A stretch of 64,000 bases of DNA from an uncultured delta proteobacterium (GCA_963787125.1 CAWBBV010000004.1:133192-197191); one strand, 5' to 3'; shown: positions 26,791 to 36,927, counted from the stretch's first letter. Numbers and translations are program-made. The notes: generated by a model from the sequence alone, not told the origin.

Positions 26791-27297
26791 TCATTGCAAT
26801 GGTGCGAAACTGAAGAGATTTTCAACTCTGGAGGCCATTAAATGACATTTATCTTTTTCCGCTGTTTGGTCAAAAAAAACAACTCGATATTCCGACACAA
26901 TAGACTCGGTTTTAAATTCGTTCCAATTTTCTTGTTGGCTATATTCCTTCCATGCATTGTCGAAGCTGGATCTCTGGGAACTATCAAGGAAAGCCCTGAA
27001 CAAGAGAGCCGCTTTGATTTGATCGGGAATGTCTTTGATTATAAAGTCTGCAACTTGGCTATCGGCTCCGCTCCCGGTCGGTTGGTGTTGGCAGAAAATG
27101 AGCAAGTCAAAAAAAGCAGAACGGAAATTAATGGCGGCCTTAATAAATTCTTGTCGTCTCATCAAGGCGATAGCCTTGTCATGGTTTCTTTGGGACAAGA
27201 GCACTCCGACGAAAAAAGAGCCGATGGCTCCGGTAATAACTCCCCCGAAGCCGGTAATGTAAGGGGTATAAGTCGAGATAGTATTTGCACAACACAT
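26791..27297 (-). CDS. First-position cassette gene, single-TM hypothetical protein
   Basis: GGAGGAG RBS; one N-terminal hydrophobic helix. Confidence 0.75.
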   Translation of the reverse strand: MCCANTISTYTPYITGFGGVITGAIGSFFVGVLLSQRNHDKAIALMRRQEFIKAAINFRSAFFDLLIFCQHQPTGSGADSQVADFIIKDIPDQIKAALLFRAFLDSSQRSSFDNAWKEYSQQENWNEFKTESIVSEYRVVFFDQTAEKDKCHLMASRVENLFSFAPLQ

Positions 27298-27422
27298 AAA
27301 AACTCCTCCTTTTGGCTGGGGCCTATTGGCCTCCCTTTACAATTTCTACTAGGATGCTTCTCTGGCTTATTCGTAGCTATTCGGTGGGGATTTCCTCTTG
27401 TAGAGAGATTTCTTGATTTTTT

Positions 27423-27449
27423 GCATAACTTATTATTGATCAGTTAGAG
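27423..27449 (-). other. attI site (crossover G/TTATGC at 27429)
   Basis: Minus strand CTAACTGATCAATAATAAGTTATGC; GTTATGC is the exact complement of the first cassette's R'' GCATAAC; no attC hairpin here. Confidence 0.8.
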
Positions 27450-27453
27450 CCAG

Positions 27454-27624
27454 GTTTATAATATTTGAAACTAGCTTCTATTATTGTAAACAAGTTTCTA
27501 ATAGTATAAACCTGACTTGTTTCTATTATTGCAAACTTCTACTCTTTTCGCACTTGTCCAAAGCTTCTATTATCATAAACCTTCTTGCTTTGCGTCCCTC
27601 TTTGAGGTTTCTATTACTATTAAC
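27454..27624. repeat. Six degenerate 18-bp repeats, consensus about GTTTCTATTATTGTAAAC
   Basis: Copies start at 27454, 27474, 27494, 27519, 27563 and 27607. Confidence 0.85.
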
Positions 27625-27947
27625 TTTTCCAGCTTCGTCCCAGCAATGCATCCATAACGCACAAACCATAACTGCCGTTCCCGATCCCAAGACCCACCCA
27701 ATCCTCTGGCCTGCTCCTGTAACGCTTTCTCATTGAAGCCGATTCGCAAGGGGACCAATTCACTATCAGGATACTTGGCCGGTGGTGGCGTCCAGTCTGC
27801 TTCGCTGACAATAATTTCTACGGTCTTGAACTGCTTGCGTTTTTCCACATCATAGCGATAGCGGACACAAATCAAAGCGTCGCCATATTGTGCCACCAAC
27901 TTTTTAGTTCCCTTCTGGCCAGGTTTTAATTTAGCCCGTGCTTCCAT
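27573..27947 (-). CDS. Small basic hypothetical protein between attI and intI, C-terminal DUF5710-like motif
   Basis: LKPGQKGTKKL..YGD.L.CVRYRYD; GGSWDRERQLW; GAGGG RBS. Confidence 0.8.
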   Translation of the reverse strand: MEARAKLKPGQKGTKKLVAQYGDALICVRYRYDVEKRKQFKTVEIIVSEADWTPPPAKYPDSELVPLRIGFNEKALQEQARGLGGSWDRERQLWFVRYGCIAGTKLEKLIVIETSKRDAKQEGL

Positions 27948-28031
27948 TTAACCCTCTGTCATATTTATAAGTTTTCGAAATTTATACCACGTTTGTTGCC
28001 TCCATTAAAATGATTTATTTGTTTTTTCCTA

Positions 28032-28075
28032 TTGACACATCTTCAGAAGCTAGCTAGGGTATCTATATGACTACC
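28032..28075 (+). promoter_or_regulatory. Putative intI promoter with an overlapping 18-bp imperfect palindrome (LexA-box-like)
   Basis: TTGACA-17bp-TAGGGT; GGTATCTATATGACTACC at 28058-28075. Confidence 0.6.
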
Positions 28076-28126
28076 TGATGCAAAAATACAGCACCATTCA
28101 TCTCTTCTTATGTTAGGAGGACGATC

Positions 28127-29482
28127 ATGACACCTGTGTCGAATATGATTTTTAGTCAATATGAGTTTATCCTCAAAGAACTACATATTCCGGTTGCCCT
28201 GTTTGCTGATTACAAGAAATGGCTGCGCTATTATTTGGATTACTGCGCGAAATATCTGGCGCAGGTTTCCAACAGTGAAAAGGTGCGTCTGTTTTTGGCA
28301 AAGTTACGCGAAAAGAAACAGACCGAGAAGCAGTGCCAGCAGGCAGTTCATGCAATATCACTTTATTTTGAGATGCAACGCCTTGAGATTCCGAAAGATA
28401 ATTCCTTGGAGAAACAAGATCAACAATGTCATGTCGCGCCGCCAGTACAGCAGGTCCAACCGATGTATATTCAGCGAAAATCCCAATATTGCGAGGCGGG
28501 GTATCAGGTAAAATCTTCCTCACCGGAATGGGACGCCTTGCTTGAGGTTATGGCGGGAGAGATAAAGGTCCGCCATTATTCTCGCCGGACATTAAAAACT
28601 TACGCCAACTGGTCAAGACAGTTTCAGCGCTTCCTGAAAAACAAACCGCCAGAGAGTTTATCAACCGCCGATGTGAAAGAGTACCTGACGTTTCTGGCGG
28701 TTAAGTGCAAAGTTGCCGCATCAACCCAGAACCAGGCGTTCAATTCTCTTCTTTTCCTGTATCGCCATGGACTGAAACGGGAATTCGGCCAGTTGCGCGA
28801 CGTGCCGCGGGCAAAGAAGTCACTTTACATCCCGACCGTGCTTTCCAGACCGGAAATAGACGCTATCCTGGCCCAGTTGTCACACCCTTTCAAACTCGTC
28901 GTCTACTTGCTATTCGGCTGTGGGCTTCGGAAATTCGAAGTGATGCAACTGCGGGTGAGGGATTTCAACTTCGACACTGGCAAACTAACAGTGCACGGCA
29001 AAGGCAATAAGGATCGGACCGTGCCGCTGCCGCAATCGATCATGTCTGAAATCAAGGCCCAGTTTGTGGCGGTGGGGAAGCTGCATGACCGTGATTTGGC
29101 AGCCGGGTACGACGGGGTGTTTCTGGATGATGCAGTGGAAAAGAAATATCCCAAAGCGCCGAAGGAGCTTATGCATCAATGGTTCTTTCCGCAACGGTCA
29201 TTGACGCTGGTTGAGGAGACCGGCCAGCGGAGGCGCTACCACCTCCACGCTTCCCAGTTTGAAGAGGCGCTCTATAATGCCGTCCACAAGGCAAAAATTA
29301 CAAAGCGTGTCACTGCGCATACCTTCAGACACTCCTTCGCAACCCATTTGTTGCAGGCAGGCTACGACATCCGCGTCATTCAGACTCTGTTGGGCCACGC
29401 CAGCCTGAAGACAACCATGATTTACACTCATTGTGTGCCGGTAATGACGATCAAGGAGCCGCGTAGTCCGCTGGATCTTTGA
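28127..29482 (+). CDS. intI: Integron integrase, long 451-aa form
   Basis: HYSRRTLKTY, ASTQNQAFNSLLFLY, catalytic R-K-HTFRH-LGH-Y, integron-specific insert QWFFP...RRRYHLH. Confidence 0.96.
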   Translation: MTPVSNMIFSQYEFILKELHIPVALFADYKKWLRYYLDYCAKYLAQVSNSEKVRLFLAKLREKKQTEKQCQQAVHAISLYFEMQRLEIPKDNSLEKQDQQCHVAPPVQQVQPMYIQRKSQYCEAGYQVKSSSPEWDALLEVMAGEIKVRHYSRRTLKTYANWSRQFQRFLKNKPPESLSTADVKEYLTFLAVKCKVAASTQNQAFNSLLFLYRHGLKREFGQLRDVPRAKKSLYIPTVLSRPEIDAILAQLSHPFKLVVYLLFGCGLRKFEVMQLRVRDFNFDTGKLTVHGKGNKDRTVPLPQSIMSEIKAQFVAVGKLHDRDLAAGYDGVFLDDAVEKKYPKAPKELMHQWFFPQRSLTLVEETGQRRRYHLHASQFEEALYNAVHKAKITKRVTAHTFRHSFATHLLQAGYDIRVIQTLLGHASLKTTMIYTHCVPVMTIKEPRSPLDL

Positions 29483-30054
29483 GGTGTGGATTTCGATGCA
29501 AACATTAAAGCATTCAAAAAGTTTGGCGCGCCGAAGATTTGTAACTTTACGGTATCATTCAACTGTTATGGTAAAAACCCCACCTTGTCGGCTGTTATTT
29601 CCATCCGCCAGCAGTCTCTCCTGTACTCTGTTAAAAGCAACTTTTGAGTCAACTGCCTTGTACGCAGAAAAAACGGAAACCGTGGATAAAGGCGGATTTA
29701 AAACCCTTATTACTTTTTGCCTGATCCGTTTTGATCCTCTTTTGCCGCCTGTACTGCGTCCGATCATTGCTTTAATTCGGAAATTCCGGTATGCCGGAAT
29801 TCTGTAACTTCAGGATATTATGAAACATAGTGCCCGGATTTTTGCCGGACAAGGTTTTTTGAGACCAGACAAAACTCACCAACATCTTCGCCCGCCAAAA
29901 CGTAAAAAACCGCTCTAGCAGCAGAAGCTGACAAGGAGCGGCTTTTCATCATTCACCAGTGACAACCATCAAACTCTCCAAACATGCGCGGGGTTCACCA
30001 CATTTGCCTTACAGCAGCGATTATTAGAAAATGAATGTCACTTCTTTCGAGTAA

Positions 30055-30080
30055 GTTCCCTTCGACTCCGCTCAGGGAAC
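30055..30080. repeat. REP-like hairpin GTTCCCTTCGACTCCGCTCAGGGAAC
   Basis: Short intergenic inverted repeat. Confidence 0.55.
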
Positions 30081-30198
30081 GGACGTACGCTGATTGGAGG
30101 TATCTTGTTGCACGGTCACAGCGCCTTTGTCAATGATTCTATTGACGTAAGGCGTTAAACGGAGTGGCCATAGTTACTTATGCAGAAAAAAACGCTGC

Positions 30199-32235
30199 CT
30201 ACCCCCCCAGCATCGCCCTCAAACGGGCAAAGGCATCGCCCGCCATCTTGTCATTTTCCTCGGCAGTCAATACCTGGGCCGATGCGCCTTGCTGGTGATT
30301 GAGCAGATCATCAGGGATCTCAGCCAGAAAGCGGGAGGGAACCCGCTCCAGGTTTTTACCGAACTTGCGCCGCAGGAGGCAGCGGCTGATGGTCAGATGC
30401 TTCTTGGCCCTGGTAATGCCGACGTACATGAGGCGGCGCTCTTCATCGATGGAGACACCGTCATCGATGGAGCGCTGGTGGGGAAGGATATCCTCTTCCA
30501 GACCGACCAGAAAAACATGGGGGAACTCCAGCCCTTTGCTGGAATGAAGCGACATCAGGGTGACCGCATCAAGCTCCTGCTCCTGTTTGTCTTTTTTGTC
30601 ATACTCTTCGTCCATCAGGGCGAGGCGCTCCAGAAAGCCGGTCAGAGTAGCGCCAAGGGTTTTGGCTTCATAGCCGGCCAGGGAGTTGACAACCTGCTCG
30701 ACGTTCTCCACCTTGCGCCGGGCCGCGGCCTTGTCATCAACGCTTGCCAGCAGCTCATCGGCTATCTTCAAGCGGGTGAAAAGCTCCCGCGCCTTGTCCG
30801 CCAACCGCCTGCCGTTGGCAAACAGTTCACACTGTTCTTTCAGCAGCTGGTGAAAGGCAAAGATCCGCTGGCGCGTCGTCATGGTCAGCCCCGGAACCTC
30901 CTCCACCCGTGCGAGCGTTTCATAAAGCGGCACCTTTTCCGTTATCGACCAGTCATTGACTTTGCTGATCGACGTCTCGCCGATCCCCCGCCGGGGAAAG
31001 TTGATGATGCGTAACAGAGACTGTTCGTCGTCCGGGTTGGCAATGGTCTTCAGCCAGGCAAGGGCGTCCTTGACCTCCTTGCGGTCGTAAAAGCGCATGC
31101 CGCCAACGAGAATATAGGGGATGCTTTCCGCCCGGAGCTGCTCCTCGAAAGCCCTGCTCTGGGCGTTGGTCCGGTAAAGGATGCAGAAATCCCGGTAGGG
31201 GGCATCACGGCGAAAACGCTCCGTCTGGATCCGCTCCACCACGGTGGTCGCCTCCTCCTCTTCATCCGCCGTCACCAGCAGGTCGATGGGGTTGCCGGGG
31301 CCGCTATCGGTCCAGAGAGTCTTCTCTTTGCGGGTGGGATTGTTGCGGATAACCGTATTGGCCGCAGCAAGGATGTTGCCGCTGCAGCGGTAGTTCTGCT
31401 CCAGCTTGATGGTATGGCAGCCGGCGTAATCCTCTTCAAAGGCAAGAATCTTGCGCACGTCCGCCCCGCGCCAGCCGTAGATGGACTGGTCGTCGTCCCC
31501 GACCACACAAAGATTGCGCGATCCGGCCGCCAATAGACTGATGAACAGATATTGCGCCGGGTTGGTGTCCTGGTATTCATCCACCATCAGATAACGGAAG
31601 CGCTCTTGCCAGCGGGCCAGGACGTCGGGATGCTGCTGCAGGAGTCCCACGGTCAGCATGATGATATCGTCAAAATCAATGGCGTTGCAGGCTTTGAGCT
31701 GCTGCTGGTAACGCGGATAGACACTGGCTGCCAGCAGCTCCACCCCGTCGCTGAAGCTCGGCTTGAAATCCCGCGGCCCAATCAACGCATTTTTCAGCAT
31801 GGAAATTTTCCAGTGCACCGTTTCCGGGGTGATCTTTTTGCCGTCGGCGCCGAGCTCCCGCATGGTCTGGCGGATCAGGCCGAGCTGGTCGGAGCTGGCA
31901 AAAATGGAAAAGTTCGGGCGAAAGCCGAGATGGCGGCACTCCTGACGGAGGATGCGCACGCCGAGGGAGTGAAACGTGGAGACAATCACGCCGTCGCGTC
32001 GCTCCCTGCCGACCAGCTCCTCAAGCCTCTCCCCCATCTCCCGGGCAGCCTTGTTGGTAAAGGTGACGGCAAGAATGTTTTCCGGCAGCACCCCCAGTTT
32101 CAGGAGCAGATAGGCGATCCGGCAGGTGATGACCCGGGTTTTGCCCGAGCCGGCGCCGGCCAGCACCAGCAGTGCCCCTTCGGTGTGCTTGACAGCCGTG
32201 CGCTGTTCTTTGTTGAGAGAGTCGAGGAATTTCAT
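30199..32235 (-). CDS. rep: Rep/UvrD/PcrA superfamily I DNA helicase
   Basis: AGAGSGKT, VDEYQD, GDDDQSIYGWRGA, SKGLEF, YVGITRA. Confidence 0.9.
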   Translation of the reverse strand: MKFLDSLNKEQRTAVKHTEGALLVLAGAGSGKTRVITCRIAYLLLKLGVLPENILAVTFTNKAAREMGERLEELVGRERRDGVIVSTFHSLGVRILRQECRHLGFRPNFSIFASSDQLGLIRQTMRELGADGKKITPETVHWKISMLKNALIGPRDFKPSFSDGVELLAASVYPRYQQQLKACNAIDFDDIIMLTVGLLQQHPDVLARWQERFRYLMVDEYQDTNPAQYLFISLLAAGSRNLCVVGDDDQSIYGWRGADVRKILAFEEDYAGCHTIKLEQNYRCSGNILAAANTVIRNNPTRKEKTLWTDSGPGNPIDLLVTADEEEEATTVVERIQTERFRRDAPYRDFCILYRTNAQSRAFEEQLRAESIPYILVGGMRFYDRKEVKDALAWLKTIANPDDEQSLLRIINFPRRGIGETSISKVNDWSITEKVPLYETLARVEEVPGLTMTTRQRIFAFHQLLKEQCELFANGRRLADKARELFTRLKIADELLASVDDKAAARRKVENVEQVVNSLAGYEAKTLGATLTGFLERLALMDEEYDKKDKQEQELDAVTLMSLHSSKGLEFPHVFLVGLEEDILPHQRSIDDGVSIDEERRLMYVGITRAKKHLTISRCLLRRKFGKNLERVPSRFLAEIPDDLLNHQQGASAQVLTAEENDKMAGDAFARLRAMLGG

Positions 32236-32350
32236 AGGGTGCTTGTCATAGCAGATTGGAGTGAGCGATGCAAGAGGCGAGTTTCACAGCTGAAGCGGAT
32301 TTACTGTAATATCAGGCGCTTTCGGATTTGACGTGGCAGGTTGGTAGCAG

Positions 32351-35300
32351 CTACGTCACAATCATCATCGCGCCATTGAGGAAATTGGTAAATTCGGCGA
32401 CCGATAGCGGCGCAGAGAGCAGAAACCCCTGGATTTCATCGCAGCTGCGGGAAGCGAGAAACTCCAGCTGCTCCTGAAGCTCCACCCCTTCAGCGGTTAC
32501 CTTCAGATTCAGGCTGTGGGACATGGCGATGATTGCTGCGGCAATGGCAGCGTCGTCAGGGTTGCTGCTGATATCTCTGACGAAGGAGCGGTCAATCTTG
32601 ACCCGATTGATGGGGAAATGTTTCAGGTAGCTCAGGGATGAGTAGCCGGTGCCGAAATCGTCGATCGAGAGGCTCACGCCCATGGCTTTCAAGCGGTGCA
32701 GGAGCGTGACCGTGGCGGCTGCATTGGTCATCAGGATGCTTTCTGTCAGCTCTAATTCAAGAAGCGCGGCATCAGTTCCGGTCTCAGCGAGTATGCCGGC
32801 CACCATCTCGGTGAAATTCAACTGTCTGAACTGGCAGCCGGAGATGTTGACCGCCACTCTGAGTGGCATGTAACCGCTACGTTGCCAGGCTCTGTTCTGG
32901 AGACAGGCAGTTCTTATTACCCATTCGCCAATCGGGATAATCAGCCCTGTCTCCTCGGCAACCGGAATGAATGTTGCGGGGGCAATGATGCCCAGGTCAG
33001 GATGCTGCCAACGCAGCAGCGCTTCCATTCCTACCACCATGCCGCTTTGCAGATCCATCTGCGGCTGATAGACAAGAAACAGCTCCTCCCGTTCCAGTGC
33101 CCGGCGCAGACTCGTCTCCAGCAGCAGATGTTCCAGTGTTTTGACATTCATCTCTTGCGAGAAGTACTGGAAATTATTTCGCCCCTGCTCTTTGGCCTGG
33201 TACATGGCGATATCGGCGTTTTTCATCAAAATGTTGTTGTCGGCGCCATCATTGGGGAAAATTGCGATGCCGATGCTGACGGTGGTATAGATCTCCCGAT
33301 TATCCAGCAGAATTGCGCCGGAAACCGCAGTGAGGATCTTTTCCGCCACCCTGCTGATATCTTCATCATGGTCAAAGGCAGAAAGGACCACGATAAATTC
33401 ATCGCCACCAAGCCGCGATACCGTGTCACATTCACGCACAGTTGCTGAAATCCTGTCAGCAACGCTTTTCAACAGTTGATCGCCGATGACGTGGCCAAGA
33501 GTGTCATTAACCCATTTGAACCGGTCCAGATCGAGAAACAGCACAGCTACATGCCGACCATCGCGATTCGCCAGGGCTGTGGCCTGGCTCAAGCGGTCAT
33601 GGAGCAGCACCCGATTGGGCAGGCCTGTGAGGCTGTCGTAGTATGCCAGTTGCTGAATCTCTTCCTCAGCCCTTTTCCGGTCGGTTATGTCCCGGCCCAT
33701 GCCAACTATCGCCTCTATCCGGTTCGCATCGTCAAGGATCGCTTTTTCTGACCAGCCGAGCCAGCGCACCCCTTCCCTGGTCAAGGCACGCTGCTCGTAG
33801 TAGCAGCTGTAGGGGGGGTGATAAAGCTCTTGACGGCTCTCCAGGGTCGCCTTTTGGTCGTCGGCAAAGACCAGCGGCATGAACGGTTCACCGAGCAGCT
33901 CATCTTCACGTTTCCCGAAAATTTCACAGAAGGAAGGACTTACAAACAGGAGGCTGCCGGCAGCATCGGTCTTTATTACCAGATCGCTCTGGTTCTCCAC
34001 CAGCATGCGGTAGCGCTCCTCACTGGCCTTGAGGGCTTTTTCGGTCTCCTTTCTCTCGGTTATATCGCGGAGGATAACAAGCTCGGCAGATTGCCCTTCC
34101 CAATCAGTTCTGGCGCTTGTCACTTCGACCGGAACATGGCAGCCATTCCTGGTAACGAAGAGGGTCTCGAATTGCCGTGGGACCTGCTCCCTGCGGGCAA
34201 CTGCAGCGTAGCGGGCCTCAATCATCACCTGATATTCGGAATGTATCAGGTCAGTAACAGCAAGGCCGAGAAGCTCATTAAGGGAATAACCGGTGATTTC
34301 TGCAGCACGACGATTAGCGTAGGCAAAAGTTTTTCTGTCGACAATTATCAGCATGCCGTCATTGGCGTTATCAGCCAACGCCCTGAAGTTGCTCTCGCTC
34401 TCCCTGAGCGCCCGTTGCTGCTGCTCAAGAGTTTTGACCATACTATTAAAAGCTTTGCCAAGAGTTTCGATTTCGTCTCCCGTCGAAATCTCGATTAACT
34501 GCTGCAGCTCCGGGTTAACCGCCAGAGACTCTACATGACTGGTAATCGTCAGCAGCGGTTTGGTTAGATGTCTCATCAGCAACCAGACAAGCGCCAGGAT
34601 GACAGCCGTGCCGAAGATAATCCCGCTGATGAAATAGCTTTTTACCTTCAAAAGTGGCGCATAAGCTTCGGCGACAGGAAAGTTTGCGCCGAGAATCCAG
34701 TCAACAGTTTCCAGATGCTTGAAAGAAGCCAGAGTGGCAAGACCGCGGGAATTGACGGTTTCGCCGCTCCCCTCAAAGCCGGCAAGGGCGCTGTCCAACA
34801 GGGTGTTGGTGCCGGCCGGGACGTCCTTTTGCATGATCCGGGATTTGTCGGAATGAATGATCATGGTGCGATTGCTATCGAAGAGAAAAAGGTAACCGGT
34901 TTTGCCGATCTTTGTCCGGGAGAACTCTTCCATAAAATTACTTCCCAACAGGTCAAAACTGCCGGCAAAAACCGCCACCAGATTGTGCTGCGCATCGAAC
35001 AGTGGCGCAGTCAGCATGATCGCCGGATGGCCATGACGATGTGAAGAGGTGTAGGGACTGGAGATGTACGGTTTGCCGCTGGCAACGGTTTTCCGGAAAT
35101 AGTCGCGAAAGGAGAAGTCTTTGCCGCGCCGCTTCGATTGGAAAGGGGTTTCGGCAATGAGCCTGCCGTCTTTGCCAAAGAGAAAGAGGCCATTGTCAAA
35201 CATTGTCAGCAGCGCAGAGTTAGCGTCGAGGAAGCGCTGGGCACCGGCGGAATCGGCAAAAGTATTCGGGGAGATGTTTGCTGCGACGGCAATCAGTGAT

Positions 35301-35515
35301 TTATGGGCCAGCCTGAGTTTGCCATCAATATTTTCTGCCTCGGAAGTCACCAGAGAGAACTGCTGAAGGGAGATGCTCGCCTTGAACTCGCGCGCAAAGC
35401 AGGTCAGGGAAAAATACGCAAGAACTGCAACCGCGCCTGTAAACAGGAGCGAAATGGCGACTGCCATTTTGGTTTTCAGGCTTACTTTGCTGATAGAAAT
35501 CCCCGGGAAGCGCAT
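32351..35515 (-). CDS. Cache-HAMP-PAS-PAS-GGDEF-EAL diguanylate cyclase/phosphodiesterase
   Basis: GGDEF, MEALLRW, DDFGTGYSSL; two TM segments. Confidence 0.95.
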   Translation of the reverse strand: MRFPGISISKVSLKTKMAVAISLLFTGAVAVLAYFSLTCFAREFKASISLQQFSLVTSEAENIDGKLRLAHKSLIAVAANISPNTFADSAGAQRFLDANSALLTMFDNGLFLFGKDGRLIAETPFQSKRRGKDFSFRDYFRKTVASGKPYISSPYTSSHRHGHPAIMLTAPLFDAQHNLVAVFAGSFDLLGSNFMEEFSRTKIGKTGYLFLFDSNRTMIIHSDKSRIMQKDVPAGTNTLLDSALAGFEGSGETVNSRGLATLASFKHLETVDWILGANFPVAEAYAPLLKVKSYFISGIIFGTAVILALVWLLMRHLTKPLLTITSHVESLAVNPELQQLIEISTGDEIETLGKAFNSMVKTLEQQQRALRESESNFRALADNANDGMLIIVDRKTFAYANRRAAEITGYSLNELLGLAVTDLIHSEYQVMIEARYAAVARREQVPRQFETLFVTRNGCHVPVEVTSARTDWEGQSAELVILRDITERKETEKALKASEERYRMLVENQSDLVIKTDAAGSLLFVSPSFCEIFGKREDELLGEPFMPLVFADDQKATLESRQELYHPPYSCYYEQRALTREGVRWLGWSEKAILDDANRIEAIVGMGRDITDRKRAEEEIQQLAYYDSLTGLPNRVLLHDRLSQATALANRDGRHVAVLFLDLDRFKWVNDTLGHVIGDQLLKSVADRISATVRECDTVSRLGGDEFIVVLSAFDHDEDISRVAEKILTAVSGAILLDNREIYTTVSIGIAIFPNDGADNNILMKNADIAMYQAKEQGRNNFQYFSQEMNVKTLEHLLLETSLRRALEREELFLVYQPQMDLQSGMVVGMEALLRWQHPDLGIIAPATFIPVAEETGLIIPIGEWVIRTACLQNRAWQRSGYMPLRVAVNISGCQFRQLNFTEMVAGILAETGTDAALLELELTESILMTNAAATVTLLHRLKAMGVSLSIDDFGTGYSSLSYLKHFPINRVKIDRSFVRDISSNPDDAAIAAAIIAMSHSLNLKVTAEGVELQEQLEFLASRSCDEIQGFLLSAPLSVAEFTNFLNGAMMIVT

Positions 35516-35630
35516 GAACTCACGCTCAGATTAAATCGACAGTGGAATAGTATATCAGGTTAAATGTAATTGTGTTTTATTTATGGCAACAATATCTTTT
35601 TGTTGTCATGAAAGGCAGGTCTAAAGCAAA

Positions 35631-35662
35631 AAAATGGTTACAGCTTTACGCTGTAACCATTT
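35631..35662 (-). terminator. Intrinsic terminator after the lipoprotein gene
   Basis: AAATGGTTACAGC/GCTGTAACCATTT inverted repeat with an A-tract on the + strand. Confidence 0.65.
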
Positions 35663-35690
35663 GATATTATACGGTATATGTGCAAGCTGC

Positions 35691-35984
35691 TCACTCCTGC
35701 ATTTGCATGTATACCCCGGCAGAGCCGGCGCCGGCAGCAGCAGAGCTTGACAGTATGGCCCCGCCAATCCCTTTCAGGGAGAGCTGCTCACCTTTGACAC
35801 GGCAGATACAGCCGTTGGTATACTCACCCATGGCCACCATCCCGGCTAAATCCATCCCCCAGTTATCACAGATTTTGCGACAATCCTTCGGGCCGTCCAG
35901 TTTGGCGCTTCCAGAGAAACTGGTTGCGCAGCCGCTGGCAGTAGCCAGCAAACCCAGTAGTCCAACTGTAACCAATCTTTTCAT
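35691..35984 (-). CDS. Small Cys-containing lipoprotein
   Basis: Lipobox ASGC; AAGGAGG RBS. Confidence 0.8.
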   Translation of the reverse strand: MKRLVTVGLLGLLATASGCATSFSGSAKLDGPKDCRKICDNWGMDLAGMVAMGEYTNGCICRVKGEQLSLKGIGGAILSSSAAAGAGSAGVYMQMQE

Positions 35985-36090
35985 AGCACACCTCCTTGTA
36001 GTTAAAGCACAGTTACCATCAATTCGGGTATCTTAGCACAAACCCGCCCACAGTAAATTGCATATTTCGCGCTGATTTTATGGCTGGAAT

Positions 36091-36927
36091 TCATGAATTC
36101 AGGTTTCCATCCTCAGGTTGACAGCCGGGACACCAACAGGTGGCGCGACCTCCAAGGCGGCTCTGGTGTAAAAGGGCGCCGCAATCTAAACAGTTTTTGC
36201 CTTCGCGACCGTAGACTTTAAGCTCCAGGCGGAAATAGCCCGGTTTACCTTCTGAATTGAAGTAATCCTGTAAAGTTGTGCCACCGAGGACAATCGCCTC
36301 CTCCAGCACCGTTCTTACTGACGCAACCAGACGCTCGCAATCACTTGCAGTTAACTTTCCAGCGGCTCGTGATGGCGCAATCCCGGCACGGAAAAGCGCC
36401 TCATTGGCGTAGATATTCCCCACTCCTACAACAAGCCGACTGTTCATCAGCAGCTGCTTTACTGCCACCCGGCGGTTACGGGAAATTTTATCCAGATACG
36501 CAGCGGAAAAATCGTCTTCCAGCGGTTCAGGTCCAAGTCCCGACAGAAGCGGGTGAAGGTGTGGATCACCAGTCAAGCGGAGAACGATACCGAACTTGCG
36601 GGGATCATGCAGGCGCAGCAGGCTGTTATTGTCGAGCGTCAGTTCAAAATGGTTGTGCTTGCCAGGCGGTGTGCCGGCCGCTGCCAGATGCAAATGGCCG
36701 GTCATTCCCAGATGTATCAGCAACGTGTCGCTGTCAAACGACAGGAGCAGATATTTCCCCCGCCTTGTCACCGCTTGTATCCGGTGGCCGACAAGGTTGT
36801 CAGCGAGGTCGGCAGTGAGAGGGAGACGGAGTTTAGCCGTTCGCACCGTGACGGCAATGACACTGTGACCGATCAGGTGGGGCAAAATACCCCGGAGGGT
36901 GGTTTCGACTTCCGGGAGTTCCGGCAT
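36091..36927 (-). CDS. mutM: Formamidopyrimidine-DNA glycosylase
   Basis: MPELPEVE, HLGMTG, GVGNIYANE, C-terminal zinc finger. Confidence 0.97.
   Translation of the reverse strand: MPELPEVETTLRGILPHLIGHSVIAVTVRTAKLRLPLTADLADNLVGHRIQAVTRRGKYLLLSFDSDTLLIHLGMTGHLHLAAAGTPPGKHNHFELTLDNNSLLRLHDPRKFGIVLRLTGDPHLHPLLSGLGPEPLEDDFSAAYLDKISRNRRVAVKQLLMNSRLVVGVGNIYANEALFRAGIAPSRAAGKLTASDCERLVASVRTVLEEAIVLGGTTLQDYFNSEGKPGYFRLELKVYGREGKNCLDCGALLHQSRLGGRATCWCPGCQPEDGNLNS

Larger units (their letters stand above)
1..29482. mobile_element. Chromosomal integron: intI, attI and a minus-strand cassette array (continues past the left edge)
   Basis: Integron-type tyrosine recombinase, attI core at 27423-27429, 18 RYYYAAC...GTTRRRY hairpins each downstream of mostly single minus-strand ORFs; for most cassettes the R' at the start is complementary to the R'' of the cassette's own attC. 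Confidence 0.96.

Noticed and set aside
26842..27447. 201-aa + strand ORF across the first cassette and attI
   Set aside because: Antisense to a gene with a strong RBS and runs through attI; no motifs
27454..27624. CRISPR mini-array (GTTT...AAAC ends, two 26-nt spacers)
   Set aside because: Repeats are only 18 bp, degenerate and irregularly spaced (2-26 nt gaps); two overlap a coding region; no cas genes
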